Positions 15,869-25,154 are shown, counted from the stretch's first letter. The stretch: 50,477 bases of DNA from a virus (IMGVR_UViG_3300037458_000621:1-50477); one strand, 5' to 3'. A program made the numbers and translations. The notes: generated from the sequence alone by a model not told the origin.

Positions 15869-16956
15869 ACAAAGAAGCTGAAACCAAGATCATCCGAGCG
15901 CGAATTTCGCTGCTCAAAGTTCAGCCGTTCTTTGGTACGCTGGCTCTTCGACTGAATATGGTCGAAGACATAACTCTCAATCCGCCCACTATGGGTGTTG
16001 ATGGAACGAATATTTTCTATCATCCAGACTTTGTCATAGAGCATAGTTTCGACGAAGTGAAGTTTGTTATTGCCCACGAAGTCATGCACTGCGTATTTGA
16101 TCATGTCACTCGTGTTGGTGGACGAGATCCAGCTAGGTGGAACGTTGCCGGTGACTATGCCATCAACCCGTTGCTTGTCGACGCCGGGTTGCAGCTTCCT
16201 TCATCTGGCGGGCTGATAAATGCAGTGTATGCGGGCATGACGGCAGATCAGATCTACAACCTGCTTCCACAGAGTACCAAGCCTTACGATAGCTTCAAAC
16301 CTGCTCCCAAGACGCCAGCGAAGATGAAAGAGCTGGAAGAAGACTGGAAGGTCGCTACTGTTCAGGCAGCGAACGCAGCGAAGGGCGCAGGAAACCTTCC
16401 TGCTTCATTGAAGCGCTTCGTCGATGAACTCATCGAAAGTAAGACTGACTGGCGCGCACAACTTCGTGAATTCGCCGTCGAAATTTCTAAGAACGACTAT
16501 GCGTGGCAGCGCGTTAATCGTCGCTTTGTAGCCGCAGGGTTCTATCTTCCTGGCCTGTACAGCGAAAACATGGGGACAATGGTCATTGTTACTGATGATT
16601 CAGGCTCCATCAGCAATGACATTCTTCAGCTCTTCGCTAGCGAAATTGGAGCAATTCGTGAAGCTGTTCGACCTGAGCGCACAATTGTCTTGAGCTGTGA
16701 TATGAGGATTAACCATATTGACGACTTGACAATGGACGACCCGTTTCAGCTCAAGTGTCATGGTGGTGGCGGAACTGATTTTCGCCCGCCGTTTGAATGG
16801 CTAGAAGAACAAGGTATTACGCCATCTTGTTTAGTGTATCTCACTGACCTTGACGGTCCGTTTCCAGAAATTCCCTCGCACTATCCCGTCATGTGGTGTT
16901 CAATCAACAAGCAGCGTGCGCCGTGGGGGCAAACGTTGCACATTACCAAGGACTGA
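15859..16956 (+). CDS. DUF2201-type metallopeptidase-VWA-like protein
   Basis: HEVMH zincin motif; WNVAGDYAIN; MIDAS-like DDSGS; GGGGTDF; YLTDL. Confidence 0.85.
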   Translation: MGVNKEAETKIIRARISLLKVQPFFGTLALRLNMVEDITLNPPTMGVDGTNIFYHPDFVIEHSFDEVKFVIAHEVMHCVFDHVTRVGGRDPARWNVAGDYAINPLLVDAGLQLPSSGGLINAVYAGMTADQIYNLLPQSTKPYDSFKPAPKTPAKMKELEEDWKVATVQAANAAKGAGNLPASLKRFVDELIESKTDWRAQLREFAVEISKNDYAWQRVNRRFVAAGFYLPGLYSENMGTMVIVTDDSGSISNDILQLFASEIGAIREAVRPERTIVLSCDMRINHIDDLTMDDPFQLKCHGGGGTDFRPPFEWLEEQGITPSCLVYLTDLDGPFPEIPSHYPVMWCSINKQRAPWGQTLHITKD

Positions 16957-16959
16957 ATC

Positions 16960-17349
16960 ATGCCTGCACTTACTAGACTTCAACTTGAGCATGCCAAGCA
17001 ACGTCTGGCTGAAGCTAAAAAGAAATACATTGTTGCCAAGGTTGCCGAACTTGGACCCTCACCAGATGAATTTGAACTTAGTAGAGAAGAAAAAATAGCC
17101 CGTATTAAGGCAGGGCGAGCTACATTCATCGGTGATGTCGACACTTATGGCTACTGTTATGATGCTTTTGCATTTACTCTGACACCAGAAGAAGAAGCCA
17201 AGAAAGCGCAATATGATCTTTGGCATGATGCGCGTGAAGCAATTATTGCTAATGCCACAACTACTGAAGAACAAATTATTGATAAATTAGTTATGAGTCC
17301 TGATGGTATGGGCGCGTTGACGATGATCGCGGAGGCGTTTGAGGACTGA
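16960..17349 (+). CDS. hypothetical protein
   Basis: 129 aa, SD AAGGA. Confidence 0.7.
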   Translation: MPALTRLQLEHAKQRLAEAKKKYIVAKVAELGPSPDEFELSREEKIARIKAGRATFIGDVDTYGYCYDAFAFTLTPEEEAKKAQYDLWHDAREAIIANATTTEEQIIDKLVMSPDGMGALTMIAEAFED

Positions 17350-17389
17350 TCTAGAATAGCTGCCCCGATCTACCCTTCAGGACCTACTC

Positions 17390-18097
17390 GTGCCGATATC
17401 AAGCTGGTCACATTCCAGGCTCGTTGACTTTGAAAAGTGCAAGTTCCTTGCATGGCTTAAGTACGACCAGCGCATTCCTGAGCCGGCACGACCCTTGCCT
17501 CCTGGCAAGATTGAGCACGCCAATGACCGCGGCACCCGTGTACATGACAACTGTGAGCAGTATGTTCGCGGAGATATCGACGAGCTGTTGCCAGAAGCCG
17601 CCAAGTACTTCGGTCCTCAACTCGACCTTCTGCGTGTGCTGCACGAAGCTGGTCAGGTCTCACTTGAAGGTGAGTGGGGCATGGATGATCAATGGTGCCC
17701 AACAGACTGGCGTACTGCATGGCTACGCCTAAAGCTTGATGCTGTTGTTCACCTGAGCAAGGACGAAGCAGTAGTCATTGACTACAAGACTGGAAAGAAA
17801 TTCGGCAATGAGATCAAACACAATGATCAGCTCTTGATCTATGTGGTATGTACCCTATTGCGCTACCCATCCTTAGAACGAGTTACGGCCGAGTTGTGGT
17901 ATCTTGACCAAAACGAAGTGACTTCAAAGACCTTTACACGGGATCAAGGCTTGCGCTTTCGTACAGCGCTGGATCGCCGTGGTCGCGCTATCACTGAGTG
18001 CACAGATTTTCCACCCAATCCCAATGTCTATTCGTGCCAGTACTGCCAATACGGTCCGTGGAATGGTAATCAGTGCACTGTTGGCAAGAGGCGCTAG
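17390..18097 (+). CDS. PD-(D/E)XK exonuclease, Cas4/AddB-like
   Basis: SHSRL...C, GTRVH, KLDAV...IDYKTG, QLLIY, C-terminal CQYC...C (Fe-S staple). Confidence 0.85.
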   Translation: MPISSWSHSRLVDFEKCKFLAWLKYDQRIPEPARPLPPGKIEHANDRGTRVHDNCEQYVRGDIDELLPEAAKYFGPQLDLLRVLHEAGQVSLEGEWGMDDQWCPTDWRTAWLRLKLDAVVHLSKDEAVVIDYKTGKKFGNEIKHNDQLLIYVVCTLLRYPSLERVTAELWYLDQNEVTSKTFTRDQGLRFRTALDRRGRAITECTDFPPNPNVYSCQYCQYGPWNGNQCTVGKRR

Positions 18098-19549
18098 ATG
18101 ATCAAGTCCCGGTTGAAACCAATGGCTCACCAGCAACTGAGCCTCAAGCACGACGAGACTACTGACGTCGTGTTCGACATGAGCGATCCGGGCACTGGCA
18201 AGACAGCGGTACGTGCCTGGGCCTGGGCCAAACGCCGCCGCAAGGGCGGTGGCCCGCTGCTGGTGTTAGCTCCGCGCTCGCTACTTACTGCGGCCTGGGC
18301 CCACGATTTGCAGCGGTTCGCACCAGACATGAAGGTCTCAGTGGCCACGGCGGCAAACCGCGAGAAAGCATTTTCAATTGATGCTGACGCGTACATCACG
18401 AACCACGACGCAGCCAAGTGGCTCGTCAAGCAGAAGCCTGCTTTCTGGCAACGGTTTCGGGATGGCGAAATCGTGAATGACGAGAGCACCGCGTACAAGC
18501 ATCACACCAGTCAGCGGGCCAAGGCAGCGTTCAAGATTGCCCACATGCGACTCGCAACGAAGCCTGTCTTCAAGCATCGCGCCTGCTTGACTGCTACACC
18601 GACCAGCAACGGTATCTGCGACATCTGGCATCAGGTGGCGCTACTCGACGGCGGTAAGCGCCTGGGCCCGAGCTTCTATGCCTTCCGCAACAGTGTATGC
18701 ACGCCTGTTCAAGTGGGCCGCTCAGCACAGGCACTGGAGTGGCGCGACAAAGACGGCGCAGAAGACGCTGTCTTCGGCTTGATCGACGACTACGTCGTGC
18801 GTCACCGCTTCGAAGACTGCGTGGATATTCCTGCCACGCATACGTACACCGTTGAGTACGAGATGACGCCGAAGCAGCGTAAGGCGTATGACGACATGGA
18901 ACTGGCCCAAGTGTTGGCCACTGGACAAGGCAAGGGCATTGCACTGACTGCTGTCAACGCCGCTGCCGTCACGACAAAGCTTTGCCAGATTGCCAGTGGG
19001 GCGGTCTACGACAACGACAAGAAGTATCACCTCATCGACGGAAGTCGCTACGAGGCGATTCTTGATATGGCCCAGGTGCGTAAGCACCCCATTGTGTTCT
19101 TCTACTGGGGCCATCAGCGTAACGCCTTGACGACGGAAGCTGAAACGCGCAGCATGAACTTTGCAGTGATCGATGGCGATGCCAGCGATACTGAACGCAA
19201 TATGATCGTGCAGGCGTATCAGGCTGGGGCCTATGACGTGCTGTTTGCTCACCCCAAGAGTGCCGCACACGGCCTGACCTTGACCGCAGGCACTTCGATC
19301 ATTTGGTCAGGCCCTACCTACGACCTGGAGTGGTGGAAACAGGGGAATCGTCGGCAGGCCCGTATCGGCCAGAAGAAGAAGACCGAGATCGTAGTCTGCC
19401 TCGCCACTAACAGTATCGAGGAACGGATCTACCACGAAATTCTCATGCCCAAGGACGGGCGCATGAAGACTCTGCTGGAATTGTTCGCAACGAATACGGA
19501 GAGAAGTGATCCGATCGCGAACAAGATTGCCAGGGAGCTGACAAGATGA
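18098..19549 (+). CDS. SNF2-family (SF2) helicase
   Basis: PGTGKT, DEST, LTATP, HGLTLT, QGNRRQARIGQ. Confidence 0.85.
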   Translation: MIKSRLKPMAHQQLSLKHDETTDVVFDMSDPGTGKTAVRAWAWAKRRRKGGGPLLVLAPRSLLTAAWAHDLQRFAPDMKVSVATAANREKAFSIDADAYITNHDAAKWLVKQKPAFWQRFRDGEIVNDESTAYKHHTSQRAKAAFKIAHMRLATKPVFKHRACLTATPTSNGICDIWHQVALLDGGKRLGPSFYAFRNSVCTPVQVGRSAQALEWRDKDGAEDAVFGLIDDYVVRHRFEDCVDIPATHTYTVEYEMTPKQRKAYDDMELAQVLATGQGKGIALTAVNAAAVTTKLCQIASGAVYDNDKKYHLIDGSRYEAILDMAQVRKHPIVFFYWGHQRNALTTEAETRSMNFAVIDGDASDTERNMIVQAYQAGAYDVLFAHPKSAAHGLTLTAGTSIIWSGPTYDLEWWKQGNRRQARIGQKKKTEIVVCLATNSIEERIYHEILMPKDGRMKTLLELFATNTERSDPIANKIARELTR

Positions 19550-19788
19550 CCATTCATGCCTTCCTCCAAGAAGTGGAGCGCCGCATTGAGGGGGCGGGGG
19601 TTGCGGTTTACCTAACCCTCAATGAGGCAGGACGCTTGCATGATTACGCTGGATATTGGGGGGTGCAATCTTGGACGACCAAAAACCGTATGCACGGTTA
19701 TATCCGTAGCGATGCGAGGAAACTTTTGGAAGAAGCCAAGGCCGTGCTCGCATCACGAGTTGCCGATGAACTGGAGCAGATGAAATGA
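19546..19788 (+). CDS. hypothetical protein
   Basis: ATGA overlaps on both sides. Confidence 0.6.
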   Translation: MTIHAFLQEVERRIEGAGVAVYLTLNEAGRLHDYAGYWGVQSWTTKNRMHGYIRSDARKLLEEAKAVLASRVADELEQMK

Positions 19789-21920
19789 GTTGGGCCAGTT
19801 CTATCCGCCACGTCGTCAAGCCTCCACCGCCCACTTTTTTCCGCCCCACTTTCCCCATCGAACAAGTTGATTGGAGCCGGCTCGTCTCCATCGACTTCGA
19901 GACTTTCTATGACGACGACTACACGCTGAGCAAGCTCAGCACGTCAGAGTACATCCGTGATCCGCGCTTCGAAACGCTGATGATGGGTGTGAAAGTCGGC
20001 AAGAAGAAGCGTGTCGTCATCCCCGGCCCGAAGATCGCCGCGTTCCTCAAAACAATCCCGTGGAGCACGCATACGCTGCTCTGCCACAACACGCAGTTCG
20101 ACGGCTTCATCCTGAGTCACCACTACGGAGTTGTGCCAGCGAAGTACTACTGTACGCTGAGCATGGCCCGCGGCCTGCACAGCAACGAGATCGGTGCAGG
20201 TCTTGACGAGGTAGCGCAGTTCTATGGCCGCGCCGGCAAGCTCAAGGGCAACCTGGAGAAGATGAAGGGCCGACGTTACAAGCAGCTCGTAGCCGAGAAG
20301 CTCTACGATCAGGGCGCTGACTACTGCGGTGTGGACGTGGACGAGATGCTGGGCATCTTCCAGGAGATGCTGCTTAACATGCCACGCGATGAGATCGACT
20401 TGATCGACCTCACGGTGCGCATGTTCTGCGACCCAGTGCTCAAGGTCGACATCCCTCGCGTCGAAGCTGAGCTAAAGCGCGAGCTGGCACGACGTAAAGA
20501 GCTGCTCATGGCCGTCGTACCTTACGACGCCTATGAAGGTCCTGAGATCAAGACGATCCTCAAGACTGCAGCTGAACGAGCATTGACTGGTGACGAACGA
20601 ATCATCCTCAAAGCTAAGCGTCTTATCGGTAGCAACGAGAAGTTTGCTGAGCTTCTACGTGCCGAAGGCATTGAGCCGCCAAGGAAGATCAGTCCAGCCT
20701 GGATCAAGAAGCCGAAGGAGCTGCGTACCGATGAGGACAAATACGTCTACGCCTTCGCCAAGGACGATGAGAAATTCATCAATCTGCCCGACGACGTTGA
20801 GGCTCTGTGTACCGGCCTGAACCTGGGCAAGGTTGCCGACATTAAGAAGCTGGCTGAGCGCCAGGAACGGCTACGCAATCTCGTGGACTGCCGCATTGCG
20901 GTCAAGTCCACGACAAACGTTACACGAGCTGAGCGGTTCCTCAAGGCTGGTGCCAATGGCATGTCGCTGCCATGCGGCTATGCCTATGCACGTGCGCATA
21001 CATTGCGCTGGGGCGGCAACAACAAGATGAACATGCAGAATCTCATCCGCGGGGGTGAGTTGCGCCTGTCCATCCTAGCCGCTGAAGGACACAATATCTG
21101 CACTGCGGATAGTGGACAGATCGAAGCTCGTGTCAATGCATGGCTATGGGATCAGCTCGATCTGCTCGAAGCCTTCGCAGTCGCTGACAAGTGGGACAAG
21201 AGCAAGGGCGTAGCGCGTGGCAACGACCGCGATGCGTACTGCCGCTTTGCCGATCTGATCTACCGCCGTGAGATCACAACTGATGACAAGACTGAGCGCT
21301 TCGTAGGTAAGGTCTGCGTGCTCGGCTTAGGCTTTCAGATGGGAGCGCCCAAGCTACAGATTACGCTGGCCAAAGGCGCCCTCGGCGGCCCGCCAGTGTT
21401 CTTCACGCTCGACGAATGCAAGGCAATCATCAACACCTATCGCCGCAAGAACCACAAGATTCGCGACGGTTGGGAGAAGTGCAAGGAAATTATCGAGGAC
21501 ATGGCTTCTGGACGCACAGGCGCCTGGAAGTGCATCTCCTGGGAAGCGAACACAATTTGGCTGCCCAACGGTATGTCGCTCAAGTACCCTGACCTGAAGA
21601 AGAGCATCAACGAGGACACCGGGTACGACGAGTGGACTTACCGGTCAGGCGATCAGCGCAAGAAAATCTACGGCGGCCTGCTCTGCGAAAATCTTGTGCA
21701 GGCACTGGCCCGCATCATCGTGGGCTGGCAGATGCTGCAGATCAGTCGCAAGTACCGCGTCGTGATGACCACGCACGATGAAGTCTCAACGCACGTCAAG
21801 ACGAAGATCGCGCCAATAGCCTTCGCTTTCATGCAGAAGATGATGAAGACGCCATTGGAGTGGTGTCAAGATTTGCCCCTCAACTGTGAAGGCGGATATG
21901 ACGTGAACTATTCGAAATGA
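19785..21920 (+). CDS. polA: DNA polymerase family A (3'-5' exonuclease + polymerase)
   Basis: Exo I DFET, Exo II HNTQFD; motif A DSGQIEAR, motif B RFVGKVCVLGLGF, motif C THDE. Confidence 0.9.
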   Translation: MSWASSIRHVVKPPPPTFFRPTFPIEQVDWSRLVSIDFETFYDDDYTLSKLSTSEYIRDPRFETLMMGVKVGKKKRVVIPGPKIAAFLKTIPWSTHTLLCHNTQFDGFILSHHYGVVPAKYYCTLSMARGLHSNEIGAGLDEVAQFYGRAGKLKGNLEKMKGRRYKQLVAEKLYDQGADYCGVDVDEMLGIFQEMLLNMPRDEIDLIDLTVRMFCDPVLKVDIPRVEAELKRELARRKELLMAVVPYDAYEGPEIKTILKTAAERALTGDERIILKAKRLIGSNEKFAELLRAEGIEPPRKISPAWIKKPKELRTDEDKYVYAFAKDDEKFINLPDDVEALCTGLNLGKVADIKKLAERQERLRNLVDCRIAVKSTTNVTRAERFLKAGANGMSLPCGYAYARAHTLRWGGNNKMNMQNLIRGGELRLSILAAEGHNICTADSGQIEARVNAWLWDQLDLLEAFAVADKWDKSKGVARGNDRDAYCRFADLIYRREITTDDKTERFVGKVCVLGLGFQMGAPKLQITLAKGALGGPPVFFTLDECKAIINTYRRKNHKIRDGWEKCKEIIEDMASGRTGAWKCISWEANTIWLPNGMSLKYPDLKKSINEDTGYDEWTYRSGDQRKKIYGGLLCENLVQALARIIVGWQMLQISRKYRVVMTTHDEVSTHVKTKIAPIAFAFMQKMMKTPLEWCQDLPLNCEGGYDVNYSK

Positions 21921-22150
21921 GCATAAGCACAGAATTTTTGAGCTACCCAGGCTTGCCCTGGTTGAGTGTATCTCGCGATGTCTACAAATTTGAAGTTTGG
22001 GTAACTGTTCGATTCAATAATTATACCGATGCATTCATAATGAGCGAGGACGCCATCGGAGAAAATGGTAGTCTCTTAATTAAGGAAGCCTATCTCCGTC
22101 GTGCAAAGCTTATAGCAGTCTCTCAAATCGCCAAGGAACTTGAGAAATGA
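21917..22150 (+). CDS. hypothetical protein
   Basis: ATGA overlaps. Confidence 0.6.
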   Translation: MSISTEFLSYPGLPWLSVSRDVYKFEVWVTVRFNNYTDAFIMSEDAIGENGSLLIKEAYLRRAKLIAVSQIAKELEK

Positions 22151-22335
22151 CCGACACCGAGATCCTTGACGAGCTGCAGAAAGCCGTAGCCCGAGGACTG
22201 GGTAAGTGGGACATAGAATTTGGCGCAGTCTGGGCAACGCTCTACCCCAAGGCGAATCTTCGGCTAGTTTTGGAGGCTGCCATCAAGGACGACTACGCTC
22301 GTCGGGTTGCGAAAGAGCTTGCGCCTCATTCATGA
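22147..22335 (+). CDS. hypothetical protein
   Basis: ATGA overlap, SD AAGGA. Confidence 0.6.
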   Translation: MTDTEILDELQKAVARGLGKWDIEFGAVWATLYPKANLRLVLEAAIKDDYARRVAKELAPHS

Positions 22336-22347
22336 TTGATGTACACT
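22319..22347 (+). promoter_or_regulatory. possible sigma70-type promoter
   Basis: TTGCGC-17 nt-TACACT upstream of the gene at 22369. Confidence 0.35.
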
Positions 22348-22368
22348 GCGTTCATCTAAGAGGAATCC

Positions 22369-22812
22369 ATGCCCCGCATCTCCCCAGGAACCGCGCTCAA
22401 GCGCGAGGTGGTTGCAACCAAGGTCGCCGTCTCGTTGACCACTGACGGCACCATCGGCTCTCGTATCGACGCTCTCAGCCAGCTCCGCGAAGACAAGCGA
22501 GCGCTGGAAGAGAAGATCAAGATCATCGAAGGGTCCTACCACGAGCTGGAAGAAGCCCTGATGGAAGACTTGAGAGCGCAGGGCATGGACAAGGCCACCG
22601 GCAAGAAGGCCACAGTCTCGATCTCCAGCACTGTCGTCGGCAATCTGGTCGACGATAAGGCGTTCTTCGCTTACGTCAAGAAGACCGGCTACTTCCACCT
22701 CCTGCAGCGTCGCTTGTCCGACCCTGCTATTCGCGAGCTGCTGGAGTCGAAAGGCTCTATTCCGGGCGTTGAGCCCTTCGTCAAGAAGCGCCTTAACCTG
22801 CGCACCCTGTAA
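22369..22812 (+). CDS. conserved phage protein (coiled coil; replication/recombination cluster)
   Basis: SD GAGG; 147 aa; C-terminal IPGV..F....L motif. Confidence 0.7.
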   Translation: MPRISPGTALKREVVATKVAVSLTTDGTIGSRIDALSQLREDKRALEEKIKIIEGSYHELEEALMEDLRAQGMDKATGKKATVSISSTVVGNLVDDKAFFAYVKKTGYFHLLQRRLSDPAIRELLESKGSIPGVEPFVKKRLNLRTL

Positions 22813-22826
22813 CCATCGAGGACCAC

Positions 22827-23594
22827 ATGGCCACCAAGAAGACCAGCACCGCCGTTGCCGTTCGCAAGTCGACGGCCGGCAACATTGTCAGCATCCAGGA
22901 AGCCTTGAAGGCCCAGGCTGCCGGCATCAACGAGCGCATCGCCCCTGGAGGCGGCAGCAAGATCCGCATCACTCAGGACAAGAAGTTCATTCTGCCTGAC
23001 GGCACGAAGACCGATGGACCGCTGGAGTTGGTGGTCGTGGATTTCGTGACTACGCACAACTTCTACGAGACGGCGTTCGACAAGAACAACATCGTGCCGC
23101 CCGGCTGTTTCGCCATCGGCGTGAACCCGAAGGAGATGATCCCTTCGAAGAATTCGCCGAACCTGCAGAGCGACTCATGTCAGGGTTGCCCGATGAACGA
23201 GTTCCAATCTGCAGCCAACGGCAAGGGCAAGGCCTGCAGCAACAACCGACTGCTAGCCGTTTTGCCGCCCGACGCTACCGAGGACACTCCGCTCTGGCTG
23301 CTGAGCGTGTCGGCCACGGCGCTGCGTGCATTCGATGGCTACGTACAGAGCATCGTGCGCGCTTTCGGCATGCCTCCGATCGCCGTGGTTACCACGGTGG
23401 GCTTCAACGATGCCGCCGATTACCCGCAGCTCACATTCAGCGACCCGAAGCCGAACGATCAGCTTGACGTAGCCTATGCTCGTCAAGCTGAGGCACGCGA
23501 TCTGCTGATGACTGAGCCCGATGTAAGCGGGTACCAAGCCCCTACTACGCGCGGCAAGGGCGCCCCGGCCAAGAAGGCCGTCGCCCGCCGCTGA
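22827..23594 (+). CDS. putative single-stranded DNA-binding/annealing protein
   Basis: Position after polA; PPGCFA, CQGCPMN...GKGKAC metal-binding motif; function inferred from context. Confidence 0.55.
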   Translation: MATKKTSTAVAVRKSTAGNIVSIQEALKAQAAGINERIAPGGGSKIRITQDKKFILPDGTKTDGPLELVVVDFVTTHNFYETAFDKNNIVPPGCFAIGVNPKEMIPSKNSPNLQSDSCQGCPMNEFQSAANGKGKACSNNRLLAVLPPDATEDTPLWLLSVSATALRAFDGYVQSIVRAFGMPPIAVVTTVGFNDAADYPQLTFSDPKPNDQLDVAYARQAEARDLLMTEPDVSGYQAPTTRGKGAPAKKAVARR

Positions 23595-23596
23595 TC

Positions 23597-23938
23597 ATGT
23601 CCGTTCGTAGGGCGCTTGTCGCACAGGCCCTGGAATCTTTCCAGGGCCTGACGGCGGCGCTCAACGAGCTGACTGAAGACGAGGTGCTTGTATGTCTCGA
23701 ACTTGAGGCTGCAAGTCGTCGTCGTTTGTCGGTCATTGACCGGCTCATTTCACGAGCCGCCCGGCTTCGTGAACTTGTCTATGTTGCCCAACTCAAGGAG
23801 AAATTCCGTGGCACGACCCAAGAAGATCATGACCCTCATCGAACTGCGCGCAGAGAAGGATCAGTGCAAGCTGAACCTGAAAACCCAGGCAGAAGTCATC
23901 AAGGACGCCGCAAAGGCGATCAAGGCAGCCGAAGCTGA
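23597..23938 (+). CDS. hypothetical protein
   Basis: ORF directly after the SSB-like gene; last ~43 codons overlap the next gene. Confidence 0.55.
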   Translation: MSVRRALVAQALESFQGLTAALNELTEDEVLVCLELEAASRRRLSVIDRLISRAARLRELVYVAQLKEKFRGTTQEDHDPHRTARREGSVQAEPENPGRSHQGRRKGDQGSRS

Positions 23939-24251
23939 GTACAGCCGTGTTCTCGCCGACGCTTCCAAGGCGCTGGTGGCAAATACCAGGGTGCACGACG
24001 CCACTGTGAAGGCCGCCAACAAGGTGCTCGAAGCTGTGCAGAAGACGCAGGGCAAGATCATGGAGAAGGCCACCACGGCCAGCGAGAAAGCCACAGCGCG
24101 GTTGGAGGAGCTGGAAGCGATCGTTCCTGTCACTGACGAGGCAACTCCCGTCAAGCGTGGCCCTGGCCGCCCCCGCAAGGTCGTTGAACCGGAAGTCGCG
24201 TCTGTGCCGGTCAAGCGTGGCCCCGGCCGCCCCCGCAAGACCGTGAGCTGA
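23808..24251 (+). CDS. coiled-coil protein with two AT-hook-like motifs
   Basis: SD AAGGAG, GTG 23808; KRGPGRPRK occurs twice at the C-terminus. Confidence 0.75.
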   Translation: MARPKKIMTLIELRAEKDQCKLNLKTQAEVIKDAAKAIKAAEAEYSRVLADASKALVANTRVHDATVKAANKVLEAVQKTQGKIMEKATTASEKATARLEELEAIVPVTDEATPVKRGPGRPRKVVEPEVASVPVKRGPGRPRKTVS

Positions 24252-24264
24252 AAGCGTTCAGGCC

Positions 24265-24789
24265 ATGAGAGACGTCATGTTCGACTGCGAGACACTTGCA
24301 ACCACGGCGGATGCCGTAATCCTGAGCGTCGGCGCAGTCAAGTTCGATCTTGAAAGCGGACAGCTCGATGATGCGGGGTTCTACGCCGCGATCAGTATCG
24401 AAGACAGCCTAGCTCATGGCCGACGCATCAGCGAAAGCACGCTGTGCTGGTGGTTGGGACAGAGCAAGGAAGCTCAAGCAGTATTCCAAGAGCCCAAGCA
24501 AGGGCTCGAAGAAGTGCTATGCAACCTTGTCGAATGGCTGGGTCATGATCGGCGCCGTCCTTGGAGTAACGGCGCCGATTTTGACCTCCCCATGCTGGCT
24601 CATGCTTTCACACAGCTCCATATGAACGTGCCTTGGCAGTTCTGGAATGCGCGTTGCGTGCGCACCTATAAGTCACTGCCAGCGGCAAGTTCGGTACCAG
24701 GGTTCAAGAACGACCACAACGCTTTGCGCGATGCAGTAAACCAAGCTGTGTATGTGCAGGCGGTTTACGCGAAGATGGTGCAGAAATGA
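24265..24789 (+). CDS. DEDD 3'-5' exonuclease (Rv2179c/DUF5051-like)
   Basis: MFDCETL, WSNGADFD, HNALRDA. Confidence 0.85.
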   Translation: MRDVMFDCETLATTADAVILSVGAVKFDLESGQLDDAGFYAAISIEDSLAHGRRISESTLCWWLGQSKEAQAVFQEPKQGLEEVLCNLVEWLGHDRRRPWSNGADFDLPMLAHAFTQLHMNVPWQFWNARCVRTYKSLPAASSVPGFKNDHNALRDAVNQAVYVQAVYAKMVQK

Positions 24790-25154
24790 ATACCCCTTTT
24801 TACAGAGCACCCCCACCCGGTGAGAGTGATCCTTTCGGTGTTCCTCCGCACGTGTCAGGCGCCAAGCTCGATGCTGGGAAGGTAAGAGCATGGCTCTGCG
24901 TCAAGGGGTTTTCCCGCGCGCTGCTGGCCGTAGCCGACGTGACCACCAAGGGGGCGGCGAAGTACACCCCTGAGGGTTGGCGCAATGTGCCCAACGGGCG
25001 AGAGCGCTACATGGACGCCATGGTCCGTCACATGTTTGCTCTGGGCCGCGGAGAACAGATCGACGCAGACACGCAGTGCTTGCACCTTGCACAGGTTGCA
25101 TGGAATGCGCTCGCTGCACTGGAGCTGGAGCTGATCAGTGGCGAGCAAACCTGA
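24786..25154 (+). CDS. dATP/dGTP diphosphohydrolase domain protein (DUF5664-like)
   Basis: GAKLDAGK, GAAKY..WR, RYMDAMVRH, HLAQVAWNAL. Confidence 0.85.
   Translation: MNTPFYRAPPPGESDPFGVPPHVSGAKLDAGKVRAWLCVKGFSRALLAVADVTTKGAAKYTPEGWRNVPNGRERYMDAMVRHMFALGRGEQIDADTQCLHLAQVAWNALAALELELISGEQT

Noticed and set aside
17329-17357. Sigma70 promoter at TAGAAT (17352-17357)
   Set aside because: Good -10 in an intergenic gap, but no -35 or extended -10 at proper spacing
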